Shown piece by piece: positions 1 through 12,490 of a stretch of 64,000 nucleotides of DNA; position 1 is the stretch's first letter; every line of letters begins with the position of its first letter. This DNA comes from Eledone cirrhosa. Its lineage: Eukaryota. The notes below the pieces were generated by a model. The model did not search any database, had not been told where the DNA came from, and was given only the letters and a program-made list of their open reading frames with translations. Both the position numbers and the translations under genes were made by a program. The stretch covers positions 620,001 through 684,000 of the forward strand of contig CAXHJY010000096.1 in NCBI GenBank assembly GCA_964016885.1, read 5' to 3'.

Positions 1-222
1 AAATCAGGGGGAGATAATTTGTAAAAAAATCAGGGGGAGATAATTTGTAAAAAAAAAATCAGGGGGAGATAATTTGTAAAAAAAAATCAAGGGGAGATAA
101 TTTGTAAAAAAAAATCAGGGGGAGATAATTTGTAAAAAAAATCAGGGGGAGATAATTTGTAAAAAAATCAGGGGGAGATAATTTGTAAAAAAAAATCAGG
201 GGGAGATAATTTGTAAAAAAAA
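1..222 (+). repeat. Example pure type-A block: TCAGGGGGAGATAATTTGT(A)7-10
   Basis: Consecutive 26-29 bp units differing mainly in A-tract length. Confidence 0.95.
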
Positions 223-1529
223 TCAAGGGGAGATAATTTCCAGCCGTCCAAAGAGAGATAATTTCTAGCCGTCCAAGGGGAGATAATTTCCAGCCGTCCA
301 ACGGGAGATAATTTCCCGCCAGCCAAGGGAAGATAATTTTTTAAAAAATCAGGCGGAGATTGTAAAAAAAATCAGGGGGAGATAATTTGTAAAAAAGTCA
401 GGGGGAGATAATTTGTAAAAAAAAAATCAGGGGGAGATAATTTGTAAAAAAAAATCAGAGGGAGATAATTTGTAAAAAAAAATCAGGGGGAGATAATTTG
501 TAAAAAAAATCAGGGGTAGATAATTTGTAAAAAAAATCAGGGGGAGATAATTTGTAAAAAAAATCAGGGGGAGATAATTTGTAAAAAAAATCAGGGGGAG
601 ATAATTTGTAAAAAAAATCAAGGGGAGATAATTTGCAGCCGTCCAAGGGGAGATAATTTTCAGCCGTCCAAGGAGAGGTAATTTCTAGCCGTCCAAGGGG
701 AGATAATTTCCAGCCGTCCAAGGGGAGATAATTTCCAGCCGTCCAAGGGGAGATAATTTTTTTTTAAGAATCAGGCGGAGATAATTTGTAAAAAAAAAAA
801 TCAGGGGGAGATAATTTGTAAAAAAAAATCAGGGGGAGATAATTTGTAAAAAAAATCAGGGGGAGATAATTTGTAAAAAAAATTAAGGGGAGATAATTTT
901 CAGCCGTCCAAGGGAAGATAATTTCCAGCCCTCCAAGGGGCTATAATTTCCAGCGTCCAAGGGGAGATAATTTCCAGCCAGCGAAGGGGAGATAATTTTT
1001 TTTTTTTAAATCATGCGGGGATAATTTGTAAAAAAAATCAGGGGGAGATAATTTGTAAAAAAAATCAAGGGGAGATAATTTCCAGCCGTCCAAAGAGAGA
1101 TAATTTCTAGCCGTCCAAGGGGAGATAATTTCCAGCCGTCCAAGGGGAGATAATTTCCCGCCAGCCAAAGGAAGATAATTTTTTAAAAAATCAGGCGGAG
1201 ATTGTAAAAAAAATCAGGGGGAGATAATTTGTAAAAAAAATCAGGGGGAGATAATTTGTAAAAAAAATCAGGGGGAGATAATTTGTAAAAAAAATCAGGG
1301 GGAGATAATTTGTAAAAAAATCAGGGGGAGATAATTTGTAAAAAAAAAATCAGGGGGAGATAATTTGTAAAAAAAATCAAGGGGAGATAATTTCCAGCCG
1401 TCCAAGGGAAGATAATTTCCAGCCGTCCAAGGGAAGATAATTTCCAGCCCTCCAAGGGGCTATAATTTCCAGCGTCCAAGGGGAGATAATTTCCAGCCAG
1501 CGAAGGGGAGATAATTTTTTTTTTAAAAA

Positions 1530-4500
1530 TCAGGGGGAGATAATTTGTAAAAAAAATCAGGGGGAGATAATTTGTAAAAAAAAATCAGGGGGAGATAATT
1601 TGTAAAAAAAAATCAGGGGGAGATAATTTGTAAAAAAAAATCAGGGGGAGATAATTTGTAAAAAAAATCAAGGGGAGATAATTTCCAGCCGTCCAAGGGA
1701 AGATAATTTCCAGCCGTCCAAGGGAAGATAATTTCCAGCCCTCCAAGGGGCTATAATTTCCAGCGTCCAAGGGGAGATAATTTCCAGCCAGCGAAGGGGA
1801 GATAATTTTTTTTTTAAAAATCAGGGGGAGATAATTTGTAAAAAAAATCAGGGGGAGATAATTTGTAAAAAAAAATCAGGGGGAGATAATTTGTAAAAAA
1901 AAATCAGGGGGAGATAATTTGTAAAAAAAATCAAGGGGAGATAATTTCCAGCCGTGCAAGGGGAGATAATTTCCAGCCGTCCAAGGGGAGATAATTTACA
2001 TCCTTCCAAGGGGAGATAATTTCCAGCCGTCCAAGGGGAGATAATTTCCCGCCAGCCAAGGGAAGATAATTTTTAAAAAAATCAGGGGGAGATAATTTGT
2101 AAAAAAAAAATCAGGGGGAGATAATTTGTAAAAAAAAATCAAGGGGAGATAATTTGTAAAAAAAATCAGGGGGAGATAATTTGTAAAAAAAATCAGGGGG
2201 AGATAATTTGTAAAAAAAATCAGGGGGAGATAATTTGTAAAAAAAAATCAGGGGGAGATAATTTGTAAAAAAAAATCAAGGGGAGATAATTTGTAAAAAA
2301 AAATCAGGGGGAGATAATTTGTAAAAAAAAATCAGGGGGAGATAATTTGTAAAAAAAATCAAGGGGAGATAATTTGCAGCCGTCGAAGGGGAGATAATTT
2401 TCAGCCGTCCAAGGAGAGATAATTTCTAGCCGTCCAAGGGGAGATAATTTCCAGCCGTCCAAGGGGAGATAATTTCCAGCCGTCCAAGGGGAGATAATTT
2501 TTTTTAAAAAATCAAGCGGAGATAATTTGTAAAAAAAAAATCAGGGGGAGATAATTTGTAAAAAAAAATCAGGGGGAGATAATTTGTAAAAAAAAATCAG
2601 GGGGAGATAATTTGTAAAAAAAATCAAGGGGAGATAATTTCCAGCCGTCCAAGGGAAGATAATTTCCAGCCGTCCAAGGGAAGATAATTTCCAGCCCTCC
2701 AAGGGGCTATAATTTCCAGCGTCCAAGGGGAGATAATTTCCAGCCAGCGAAGGGGAGATAATTTTTTTTTATAAAATCAGGGGGAGATAATTTGTAAAAA
2801 AAATCAGGGGGAGATAATTTGTAAAAAAAAATCAGGGGGAGATAATTTGTAAAAAAAAATCAGGGGGAGATAATTTGTAAAAAAAATCAAGGGGAGATAA
2901 TTTCCAGCCGTGCAAGGGGAGATAATTTCCAGCCGTCCAAGGGGAGATAATTTACATCCTTCCAAGGGGAGATAATTTCCAGCCGTCCAAGGGGAGATAA
3001 TTTCCCGCCAGCCAAGGGAAGATAATTTTTAAAAAAATCAGGGGGAGATAATTTGTAAAAGAAAAATCAGGGGGAGATAATTTGTAAAAAAAAATCAAGG
3101 GGAGATAATTTGTAAAAAAAATCAGGGGGAGATAATTTGTAAAAAAAATCAGGGGGAGATAATTTGTAAAAAAATCAGGGGGAGATAATTTGTAAAAAAA
3201 AAATCAGGGGGAGATAATTTGTAAAAAAAAATCAAGGGGAGATAATTTGTAAAAAAAAATCAGGGGGAGATAATTTGTAAAAAAAAATCAGGGGGAGATA
3301 ATTTGTAAAAAAAATCAGGGGGAGATAATTTGTAAAAAAAAATCAGGGGGAGATAATTTGTAAAAAAAAATCAGGGGGAGATAATTTGTAAAAAAAATCA
3401 GGGGGAGATAATTTGTAAAAAAAATCAGGGGGAGATAATTTGTAAAAAAAATCAAGGGGAGATAATTTGCAGCCGTCCAAGGGGAGATAATTTTCAGCCG
3501 TCCAAGGAGAGGTAATTTCTAGCCGTCCAAGGGGAGATAATTTCCAGCCGTCCAAGGGGAGATAATTTCCAGCCGTCCAAGGGGAGATAATTTTTTTTTA
3601 AAAATCAGGCGGAGATAATTTGTAAAAAAAAAAATCAGGGGGAGATAATTTGTAAAAAAAAATCAGGGGGAGATAATTTGTAAAAAAAAATCAGGGGGAG
3701 ATAATTTGTAAAAAAAATCAAGGGGAGATAATTTCCAGCCGTCCAAGGGAAGATAATTTCCAGCCGTCCAAGGGAAGATAATTTCCAGCCCTCCAAGGGG
3801 CTATAATTTCCAGCGTCCAAGGGGAGATAATTTCCAGCCAGCGAAGGGGAGATAATTTTTTTTTTTTAAATCAGGGGGAGATAATTTGTAAAAAAAATCA
3901 GGGGGAGATAATTTGTAAAAAAAAATCAGGGGGAGATAATTTGTAAAAAAAAATCAGGGGGAGATAATTTGTAAAAAAAATCAAGGGGAGATAATTTCCA
4001 GCCGTGCAAGGGGAGATAATTTCCAGCCGTCCAAGGGGAGATAATTTACATCCTTCCAAGGGGAGATAATTTCCAGCCGTCCAAGGGGAGATAATTTCCC
4101 GCCAGCCAAGGGAAGATAATTTTTAAAAAAATCAGGGGGAGATAATTTGTAAAAAAAAATCAGGGGGAGATAATTTGTAAAAAAAAATCAAGGGGAGATA
4201 ATTTGTAAAAAAAATCAGGGGGAGATAATTTGTAAAAAAAAAATCAGGGGGAGATAATTTGTAAAAAAAAATCAAGGGGAGATAATTTGTAAAAAAAATC
4301 AGGGGGAGATAATTTGTAAAAAAAATCAGGGGGAGATAATTTGTAAAAAAATCAGGGGGAGATAATTTGTAAAAAAAAAATCAGGGGGAGATAATTTGTA
4401 AAAAAAAATCAAGGGGAGATAATTTGTAAAAAAAAATCAGGGGGAGATAATTTGTAAAAAAAAATCAGGGGGAGATAATTTGTAAAAAAAATCAAGGGGA
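1530..4500 (+). repeat. ~1-kb higher-order repeat, three copies (offsets 956 and 1094 bp)
   Basis: The private marker CCGTGCAAGG occurs at 1956, 2912 and 4006, each followed by TTTACATCCTTCC. Identical pseudo-ORFs occur at 1585, 2541 and 3635. Confidence 0.9.
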
Positions 4501-4819
4501 GATAATTTGCAGCCGTCCAAGAGGAGATAATTTTCAGCCGTCCAAGGAGAGATAATTTCTAGCCGTCCAAGGGGAGATAATTTCCAGCCCTCCAAGGGGC
4601 TATAATTTCCAGCGTCCAAGGGGAGATAATTTCCAGCCAGCGAAGAGGAGATAATTTTTTTAAAAAAATCATTGGGAGATTTGTAAAAAAAATCAGGGGG
4701 AGATAATTTGTAAAAAAAATCAAGGGGAGATAATTTCCAGCCGTCCAAGGGGAGGTAATATCTAGCCGTCCAAGGGTAGATAATTTCCAGCCGTCCAACG
4801 GGAGATAATTTCCAGCCGT

Positions 4820-5015
4820 CCAAGGGTAGATAATATCCAGCCGCCCAAGGACATATTTTCCAGCCGTCCAAGGAGAGGTAATTTCTAGCCGTCCAAGGGG
4901 AGATAATTTCCAGCCGTCCAAGGGTAGATAATATCCAGCCGTCCAAGGACATATTTTCCAGCCGTCCAAGGAGAGGTAATTTCTAGCCGTCCAAGGGGAG
5001 ATAAATTCCAGCCTC
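4820..5015 (+). repeat. 98-bp (4 B-monomer: 25+23+25+25) internal duplication within a B block
   Basis: CCAAGGGTAGATAATATCCAGCCG...CCAAGGACATATTTTCC starts at 4820 and again at 4918. The single-copy form is at ~14.95, 18.0, 19.5 and 24.5 kb. Confidence 0.88.
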
Positions 5016-5958
5016 CAAGGGGAGATAATTTCCAGCCAGCCAAGGGGAGATAATTTGTAAAAAAATCAGGGGGAGATAATTTGTAAAAAAAATCAGGGGG
5101 AGATAATTTGTAAAAAAAAATCAGGGGGAGATAATTTGTAAAAAAAAATCAGGGTGAGATAATTTGCAAAAAAAATCAGGGGGAGATAATTTGTAAAAAA
5201 AAATCAGGGGTAGATAATTTGTAAAAAAAAATCAGGGGGAGATAATTTGTAAAAAAAAATCAGGGGGAGATAATATGTAAAAAAAATCAAGGGGAGATAA
5301 TTTCCAGCCGTCCAAGGAGAGATAATTTAAAAAAAAATCAGGCGGAGATAATTTGTAAAAAAAAATCAGGGGGAGATAATTTGTAAAAAAAATCAGGGGG
5401 AGATAATTTGTAAAAAAAAATCAGGGGTAGATAATTTGTAAAAAAAAATCAGGGGGAGATAATTTGTAAAAAAAAATCAGGAGGAGATAATTTGTAAAAA
5501 AAATCAAGGGGAGATAATTTCCAGCCGTCCAAGGAGAGATAATTTAAAAAAAAATCATGCGGAGATAATTTGTAAAAAAAAATCAGGGGGAGATAATTTG
5601 TAAAAAAAAATCAGGGGGAGATAATTTGTAAAAAAAATCAAGGGGAGATAATTTCCAGCCGTCCAAGGGGAGATAATTTTCAGCCGTCCAAGGGGAGATA
5701 ATTTCCCGCCAGCCAAGGGAAGATAATATTCAAAAAAATCAGGCGGAGATAATTTGTAAAAAAAATCAGGGGGAGATAATTTGTAAAAAAATCAGGGGGA
5801 GATAATTTGTAAAAAAAAAAATCAGGGGGAGATAATTTGTAAAAAAAATCAGGGGGAGATAATTTGTAAAAAAAATCAGGGGTAGATAATTTGTAAAAAA
5901 AAATCAGGGGGAGATAATTTGTAAAAAAAAATCAGGGGGAGATAATTTGTAAAAAAAA

Positions 5959-6360
5959 TGAAAGGGGAGATAATATCCAGCCGTCCAAGGGGAGATAATT
6001 TCCAGCCGTCCAAGGGGAGATAATTTCCAGCCGTCCAAGGGGAGATAATTTCCATCCTTCCAAGGGGATATAATTTCCAGCCGTCCAAGGGGAGATAATT
6101 TCCATCCTTCCAAGGGGATATAATTTCCAGCCGTCCAAGGGGAGATAATTTTCAGCCGTCCAAGGAGAGGTAATTTCTAGCCGTCCAAGGAGAGATAATT
6201 TCCAGCCGTCCAAGGGGAGATAATTTCCAGCCGTCCAAGGGGAGATAATTTCCAGCCGTCCAAGGAGACATATTTTCCAGCCGTCCAAGGAGAGGTAATT
6301 CCTAGCCGTCCAAGGGGAGATAAATTCCAGCCTCCAAGGGGAGATAATTTCCAGCCAGCC
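5959..6360 (+). repeat. Example long type-B block (~16 x 25 bp); cassette recurs at ~13.9, 16.9, 23.4, 30.0, 31.3, 32.1, 35.8, 42.9, 46.3, 53.0 and 59.6 kb
   Basis: Starts with the variant TGAAAGGGGAGATAATATCC, contains CCATCCTTCC/GGATATAAT doublets and ends ...AAATTCCAGCCTCC...CAGCCAGCC. Near-identical 70-aa pseudo-ORFs at 5876, 13790, 16855, 23348, 29889, 31200, 32031, 35688, 42769, 46236, 52884 and 59532 mark the copies. Confidence 0.93.
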
Positions 6361-9300
6361 AAGGGGAGATAATTTGTAAAAAAAATCAGGGGGAGATAAT
6401 TTGTAAAAAAAATCAGGGGGAGATAATTTGTAAAAAAAAATCAGGGGTAGATAATTTGTAAAAAATAATCAGGGGGAGATAATTTGTAAAAAAAATCAAG
6501 GGGAGATAATTTCCAGCCGTCCAAGGGGAGATAATTTTCAGCCGTCCAAGGGGAGATAATTTCCCGCCAGCCAAGGGAAGATAATATTTGAAAAAATCAG
6601 GCGGAGATAATTTGTAAAAAAAATGAAAGGGGAGATAATATCCAGCCGTCCAAGGGGAGATAATTTCCAGCCGTCCAAGGGGAGATAATTTCCAGCCGTC
6701 CAAGGGGAGATAATTTCCATCCTTCCAAGGGGATATAATTTCCAGCCGTCCAAGGGGAGATAATTTCCCGCCAGCCAAGGGAAGATAATTTTTAAAAAAA
6801 TCAGGCGGAGATTGTAAAAAAATCAGGGGGGAGATAATTTGTAAAAAAATCAGGGGAAGATAATTTGTAAAAAAAAATCAGGGGGAGATAATTTGTAAAA
6901 AATAATCAGGGGGAGATAATTTGTAAAAAAAAATCAAGGGGAGATAATTTCCAGCCGTCCAAGGGGAGATAATTTCCCGCCAGCCAAGGGAAGATAATAT
7001 TTAAAAAAATTAGGCGGAGATAATTTGTAAAAAAAATCAGGGGGAGATAATTTGTAAAAAAATCAGGGGGAGATAATTTGTAAAAAAAAATCAGGGGTAG
7101 ATAATTTGTAAAAAAAAATCAGGGGGAGATAATTTGTAAAAAAAAATCAGGGGGAGATAATTTGTAAAAAAAATCAAGGGGAGATAATTTCCAGCCGTCC
7201 AAGGGGAGATAATTTTCAGCCCTCCAAGGGGCTATAATTTCCAGCGTCCAAGGGGAGATAATTTCCAGCCAGCGAAGAGGAGATAATTTTTTTAAAAAAA
7301 TCATTGGGAGATTTGTAAAAAAAATCAGGGGGAGATAATTTGTAAAAAAAATCAAGGGGAGATAATTTCCAGCCGTCCAAGGGGAGGTAATATCTAGCCG
7401 TCCAAGGGTAGATAATTTCCAGCCGTCCAACGGGAGATAATTTCCAGCCGTCCAAGGGTAGATAATATCCAGCCGCCCAAGGACATATTTTCCAGCCGTC
7501 CAAGGAGAGGTAATTTCTAGCCGTCCAAGGGGAGATAATTTCCAGCCGTCCAAGGGTAGATAATATCCAGCCGTCCAAGGACATATTTTCCAGCCGTCCA
7601 AGGAGAGGTAATTTCTAGCCGTCCAAGGGGAGATAAATTCCAGCCTCCAAGGGGAGATAATTTCCAGCCAGCCAAGGGGAGATAATTTGTAAAAAAATCA
7701 GGGGGAGATAATTTGTAAAAAAAATCAGGGGGAGATAATTTGTAAAAAAAAATCAGGGGGAGATAATTTGTAAAAAAAAATCAGGGTGAGATAATTTGCA
7801 AAAAAAATCAGGGGGAGATAATTTGTAAAAAAAAATCAGGGGTAGATAATTTGTAAAAAAAAATCAGGGGGAGATAATTTGTAAAAAAAAATCAGGGGGA
7901 GATAATATGTAAAAAAAATCAAGGGGAGATAATTTCCAGCCGTCCAAGGAGAGATAATTTGTAAAAAAAATCAGGGGGAGATAATTTGTAAAAAAAAATC
8001 AGGGGTAGATAATTTGTAAAAAAAAATCAGGGGGAGATAATTTGTAAAAAAAAATCAGGAGGAGATAATTTGTAAAAAAAATCAAGGGGAGATAATTTCC
8101 AGCCGTCCAAGGAGAGATAATTTAAAAAAAAATCAGGCGGAGATAATTTGTAAAAAAAAATCAGGGGGAGATAATTTGTAAAAAAAAATCAGGGGGAGAT
8201 AATTTGTAAAAAAAATCAAGGGGAGATAATTTCCAGCCGTCCAAGGGGAGATAATTTTCAGCCGTCCAAGGGGAGATAATTTCCCGCCAGCCAAGGGAAG
8301 ATAATATTCAAAAAAATCAGGCGGAGATAATTTGTAAAAAAAATCAGGGGGAGATAATTTGTAAAAAAATCAGGGGGAGATAATTTGTAAAAAAAAAAAT
8401 CAGGGGGAGATAATTTGTAAAAAGAATCAGGGGGAGATAATTTGTAAAAAAAAATCAGGGGTAGATAAATTGTAAAAAAAAATCAGGGGGAGATAATTTG
8501 TAAAAAAAATCAGGGGGAGATAATTTGTAAAAAAAATGAAAGGGGAGATAATATCCAGCCGTCCAAGGGGAGATAATTTCCAGCCGTCCAAGGGGAGATA
8601 ATTTCCAGCCGTCCAAGGGGAGATAATTTCCATCCTTCCAAGGGGATATAATTTCCAGCCGTCCAAGGGGAGATAATTTCCCGCCAGCCAAGGGAAGATA
8701 ATTTTTAAAAAAATCAGGCGGAGATTGTAAAAAAAATCAGGGGGGAGATAATTTGTAAAAAAATCAGGGGGAGATAATTTGTAAAAAAAAATCAGGGGGA
8801 GATAATTTGTAAAAAATAATCAGGGGGAGATAATTTGTAAAAAAAAATCAAGGGGAGATAATTTCCAGCCGTCCAAGGGGAGATAATTTCCCGCCAGCCA
8901 AGGGAAGATAATATTTAAAAAAATTAGGCGGAGATAATTTGTAAAAAAAATCAGGGGGAGATAATTTGTAAAAAAATCAGGGGGAGATAATTTGTAAAAA
9001 AAATCAGGGGGAGATAATTTGTAAAAAAATTCATGGGGAGATAATTTGTAAAAAAAAATCAGGGGTAGATAATTTGTAAAAAAAAATCAGGGGGAGATAA
9101 TTTGTAAAAAAAAAATCAGGGGTAGATAATTTGTAAAAAAAATCAAGGGGAGATAATTTCCAGCCGTCCAAGGGGAGATAATTTTCAGCCGTCCAAGGAG
9201 AGGTAATTTCTAGCCGTCCAAGGGGAGATAATTTCCAGCCGTCCAAGGGGAGGTAATTTCCAGCCGTCCAAGGGGAGATAATTTTAAAAAAAAAATCAGG

Positions 9301-12300
9301 CGGAGATAATTTGTAAAAAAAATCAAGGGGAGATAATTTGCAGCCGTCCAAGGGGAGATAATTTTCAGTCGTCCAAGGAGAGGTAATTTCTAGCCGTCCA
9401 AGGGGAGATAATTGCCAGCCGTCCAAGGGGAGATAATTTCCAGCCGTCCAAGGGGAGATAATTTTTTTTAAAAAATCAGGCGGAGATAATTTGTAAAAAA
9501 AATCAGGGGGAGATAATTTGTAAACAAAATCAGGGGGAGATAATTTGTAAAAAAAAATCAGGGGGAGATAATTTGTAAAAAAAATCATGGAGAGATAATT
9601 TCCAGCCGTCCAAGGTGAGATAATTTCCAGCCGTCCAAGGAGACATATTTTCCAGCCGTCCAAGGCGAGGTAATTTCTAGCCGTCCAAGGGGAGATAAAT
9701 TCCAGCCTCCAAGGGGAGATAATTTCCAGCCAGCCAAGTGGAGATAATTTGTAAAAAAATCAGGGGGAGATAATTTGTAAAAAATATCAGGGAGATAATT
9801 TGTAAAAAAAAATCAGGGGGAGATAATTTGTAAAAAAAATCAGGGGGAGATAATTTGTAAAAAAAAATCAGGGGGAGATAATTTGTAAAAAAAATCAAGG
9901 GGAGATAATTTCCAGCCGTCCAAGGGGAGATAATTTTCAGCCGTCCAAGGGGAGATAATTTCCCGCCAGCCAAGGGAAGATAATATTTAAAAAAATCAGG
10001 CGGAGATAATTTGTAAAAAAAATCAGGGGGAGATAATTTGTAAAAAAATCAGGGGGAGATAATTTGTAAAAAAAAAATCAGGGGGAGATAATTTGTAAAA
10101 AAAATCAGGGGGAGATAATTTGTAAAAAAAAATCAGGGATAGATAATTTGTAAACAAAAATCAGGGGGAGATAATTTGTAAAAAAAAATCAGGGGGGGAT
10201 AATTTGTAAAAAAAATGAAAGGGGAGATAATATCCAGCCGTCCAAGGGGAGATAATTTCCAGCCGTCCAAGGGGATATAATTTCCAGCCGTCCAAGGGGA
10301 GATAATTTCCATCCTTCCAAGGGGATATAATTTCCAGCCGTCCAAGGGGAGATAATTTCCCGCCAGCCAAGGGAAGATAATTTTTAAAAAAATCAGGCGG
10401 AGATTGTAAAAAAAATCAGGGGGGAGATAATTTGTAAAAAAATCAGGGGGAGATAATTTGTAAAAAATAATCAGCGGGAGATAATTTGTAAAAAAATTCA
10501 AGGGGAGATAATTTCCAGCCGTCCAAGGGGAGATAATTTCCCGCCAGCCAAGGGAAGATAATATTTAAAAAAATTAGGCGGAGATAATTTGTAAAAAAAA
10601 TCAGGGGGAGATAATTTGTAAAAAAATCAGGGGGAGATAATTTGTAAAAAAAATCAGGGGGAGATAATTTGTAAAAAAAATCATGGGGAGATAATTTGTA
10701 AAAAAAAATCAGGGGTAGATAATTTGTAAAAAAAAATCAGGGGGAGATAATTTGTAAAAAAAAATCAGGGGGAGATAATTTGTAAAAAAAATCAAGGGGA
10801 GATAATATCCAGCCGTCCAAGGAGAGATAATTTAAAAAAAAAATGAGGCGGAGATAATTTGTAAAAAAAAAATCAGGGGGAGTTAATTTGTAAAAAAAAA
10901 TGAGGGGGAGATAATTTGTAAAAAAAATCAAGGGGAGATAATTTCCAGCCGTCCAAGGGGAGATAATTTTCAGCCGTCCAAGGAGAGGTAATTTCTAGCC
11001 GTCCAAGGGGAGATAATTTCCAGCCGTCCAAGGGGAGGTAATTTCCAGCCGTCCAAGGGGAGATAATTTAAAAAAAAAAATCAGGCGGAGATAATTTGTA
11101 AAAAAAATCAAGGGGAGATAATTTGCAGCCGTCCAAGGGGAGATAATTTTCAGTCGTCCAAGGAGAGGTAATTTCTAGCCGTCCAAGGGGAGATAATTTC
11201 CAGCCGTCCAAGGGGAGATAATTTCCAGCCGTCCAAGGGGAGATAATTTTTTTTAAAAAATCAGGCGGAGATAATTTGTAAAAAAAATCAGGGGGAGATA
11301 ATTTGTAAACAAAATCAGGGGGAGATAATTTGTAAAAAAAAATCAAGGGGAGATAATTTGTAAAAAAAATTAGGCGTAGATAATTTGTAAAAAAAAATCA
11401 GGGGGAGATAATTTGTAAAAAAAAATCAGGGGGAGATAATTTGTTTAAAAAATCAAGGGGAGATAATTTGCAGCCGTCCAAGGGGAGATAATTTTCAGCC
11501 GTCCAAGGAGAGGTAATTTCTAGCCGTTCAAGGGGAGATAATTTCCAGCCGTCCAAGGGGAGATAATTTCCAGCCGTCCAAGGGGAGATAATTTTTTTTA
11601 AAAAATCAGGCGGAGATAATTTGTAAAAAAAATCAGGGGGAGATAATTCGTAAAAAAAAATCAGGGGGAGATAATTTGTAAAAAAAAATCAGGGGGAGAT
11701 AATTTGTAAAAAAAATCAAGGGGAGATAATTTCCAGCCGTCCAAGGGGAGGTAATATCTAGCCGTCCAAGGGGAGATAATTTCCAGCCGTCCAAGGGGAG
11801 ATAATTTCCAGCCGTCCAAGGGGAGATAATTTCCAGCCGTCCAAGGAGACATATTTTCCAGCCGTCCAAGGCGAGGTAATTTCTAGCCGTCCAAGGGGAG
11901 ATTAATTCCAGCCTCCAAGGGGAGATAATTTCCAGCCAGCCAAGGGGAGATAATTTGTAAAAAAATCGGGGAGATAATTTGTAAAAAATATCAGGGAGAT
12001 AATTTGTAAAAAAAAATCAGGGGGAGATAATTTGTAAAAAAAATCAGGGGGAGATAATTTGTAAAAAAAAATCAGGGGGAGATAATTTGTAAAAAAAATC
12101 AAGGGGAGATAATTTCCAGCCGTCCAAGGGGAGATAATTTTCAGCCGTCCAAGGAGAGGTAATTTCTAACCGTCCGAGGAGAGATAATTTCCAGCCGTCC
12201 AAGGGGAGATAATTTCCAGCCGTCCAAGGGGAGATAATTTCCAGCCGTCCAAGGAGACATATTTTCCAGCCGTCCAAGGAGAGGTAATTTCTAGCCGTCC

Positions 12301-12490
12301 AAGGGGAGATAAATTCCAGCCTCCAAGGGGAGATAATTTCCAGCCAGCCAAGGGGAGATAATTTGTAAAAAAATCAGGGGGAGATAATTTGCAAAAAAAA
12401 TCAGGGGGAGATAATTTGTAAAAAAAATCAGGGGGAGATAATTTGTAAAAAATAATCAGGGGGAGATAATTTCCAGCCGTCCAAGGGAAG

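Noticed and set aside
1-222. Phased A-tract intrinsic curvature (kinetoplast-like bent DNA)
   Set aside because: A-tract spacing of 27-28 bp is about 2.6 helical turns, so successive bends largely oppose rather than add.
930-960. Bacterial -10 box TATAAT (in GCTATAAT and GATATAAT variants), GGAG/AGGAG Shine-Dalgarno-like and GATAAT Fur-box-like motifs
   Set aside because: These are point variants or parts of the satellite core. There is no -35 element, dyad arrangement or downstream gene.
4991-5045. Apparent compensating short/long B units preserving the 25-bp phase
   Set aside because: On counting, the 24-bp unit (AAATTCCAGCCT) is followed by a normal-length 25-bp unit (CAGCCAG), so there is no compensation.
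5959-6360. Yeast-type long telomeric repeat (25-bp unit; the minus strand contains CTTGGACGG, loosely like Candida/Kluyveromyces repeats)
   Set aside because: The similarity is only a few bases. Multi-kb HORs with inherited SNVs indicate recombinational amplification rather than telomerase templating, and the array is far longer than such telomeres.
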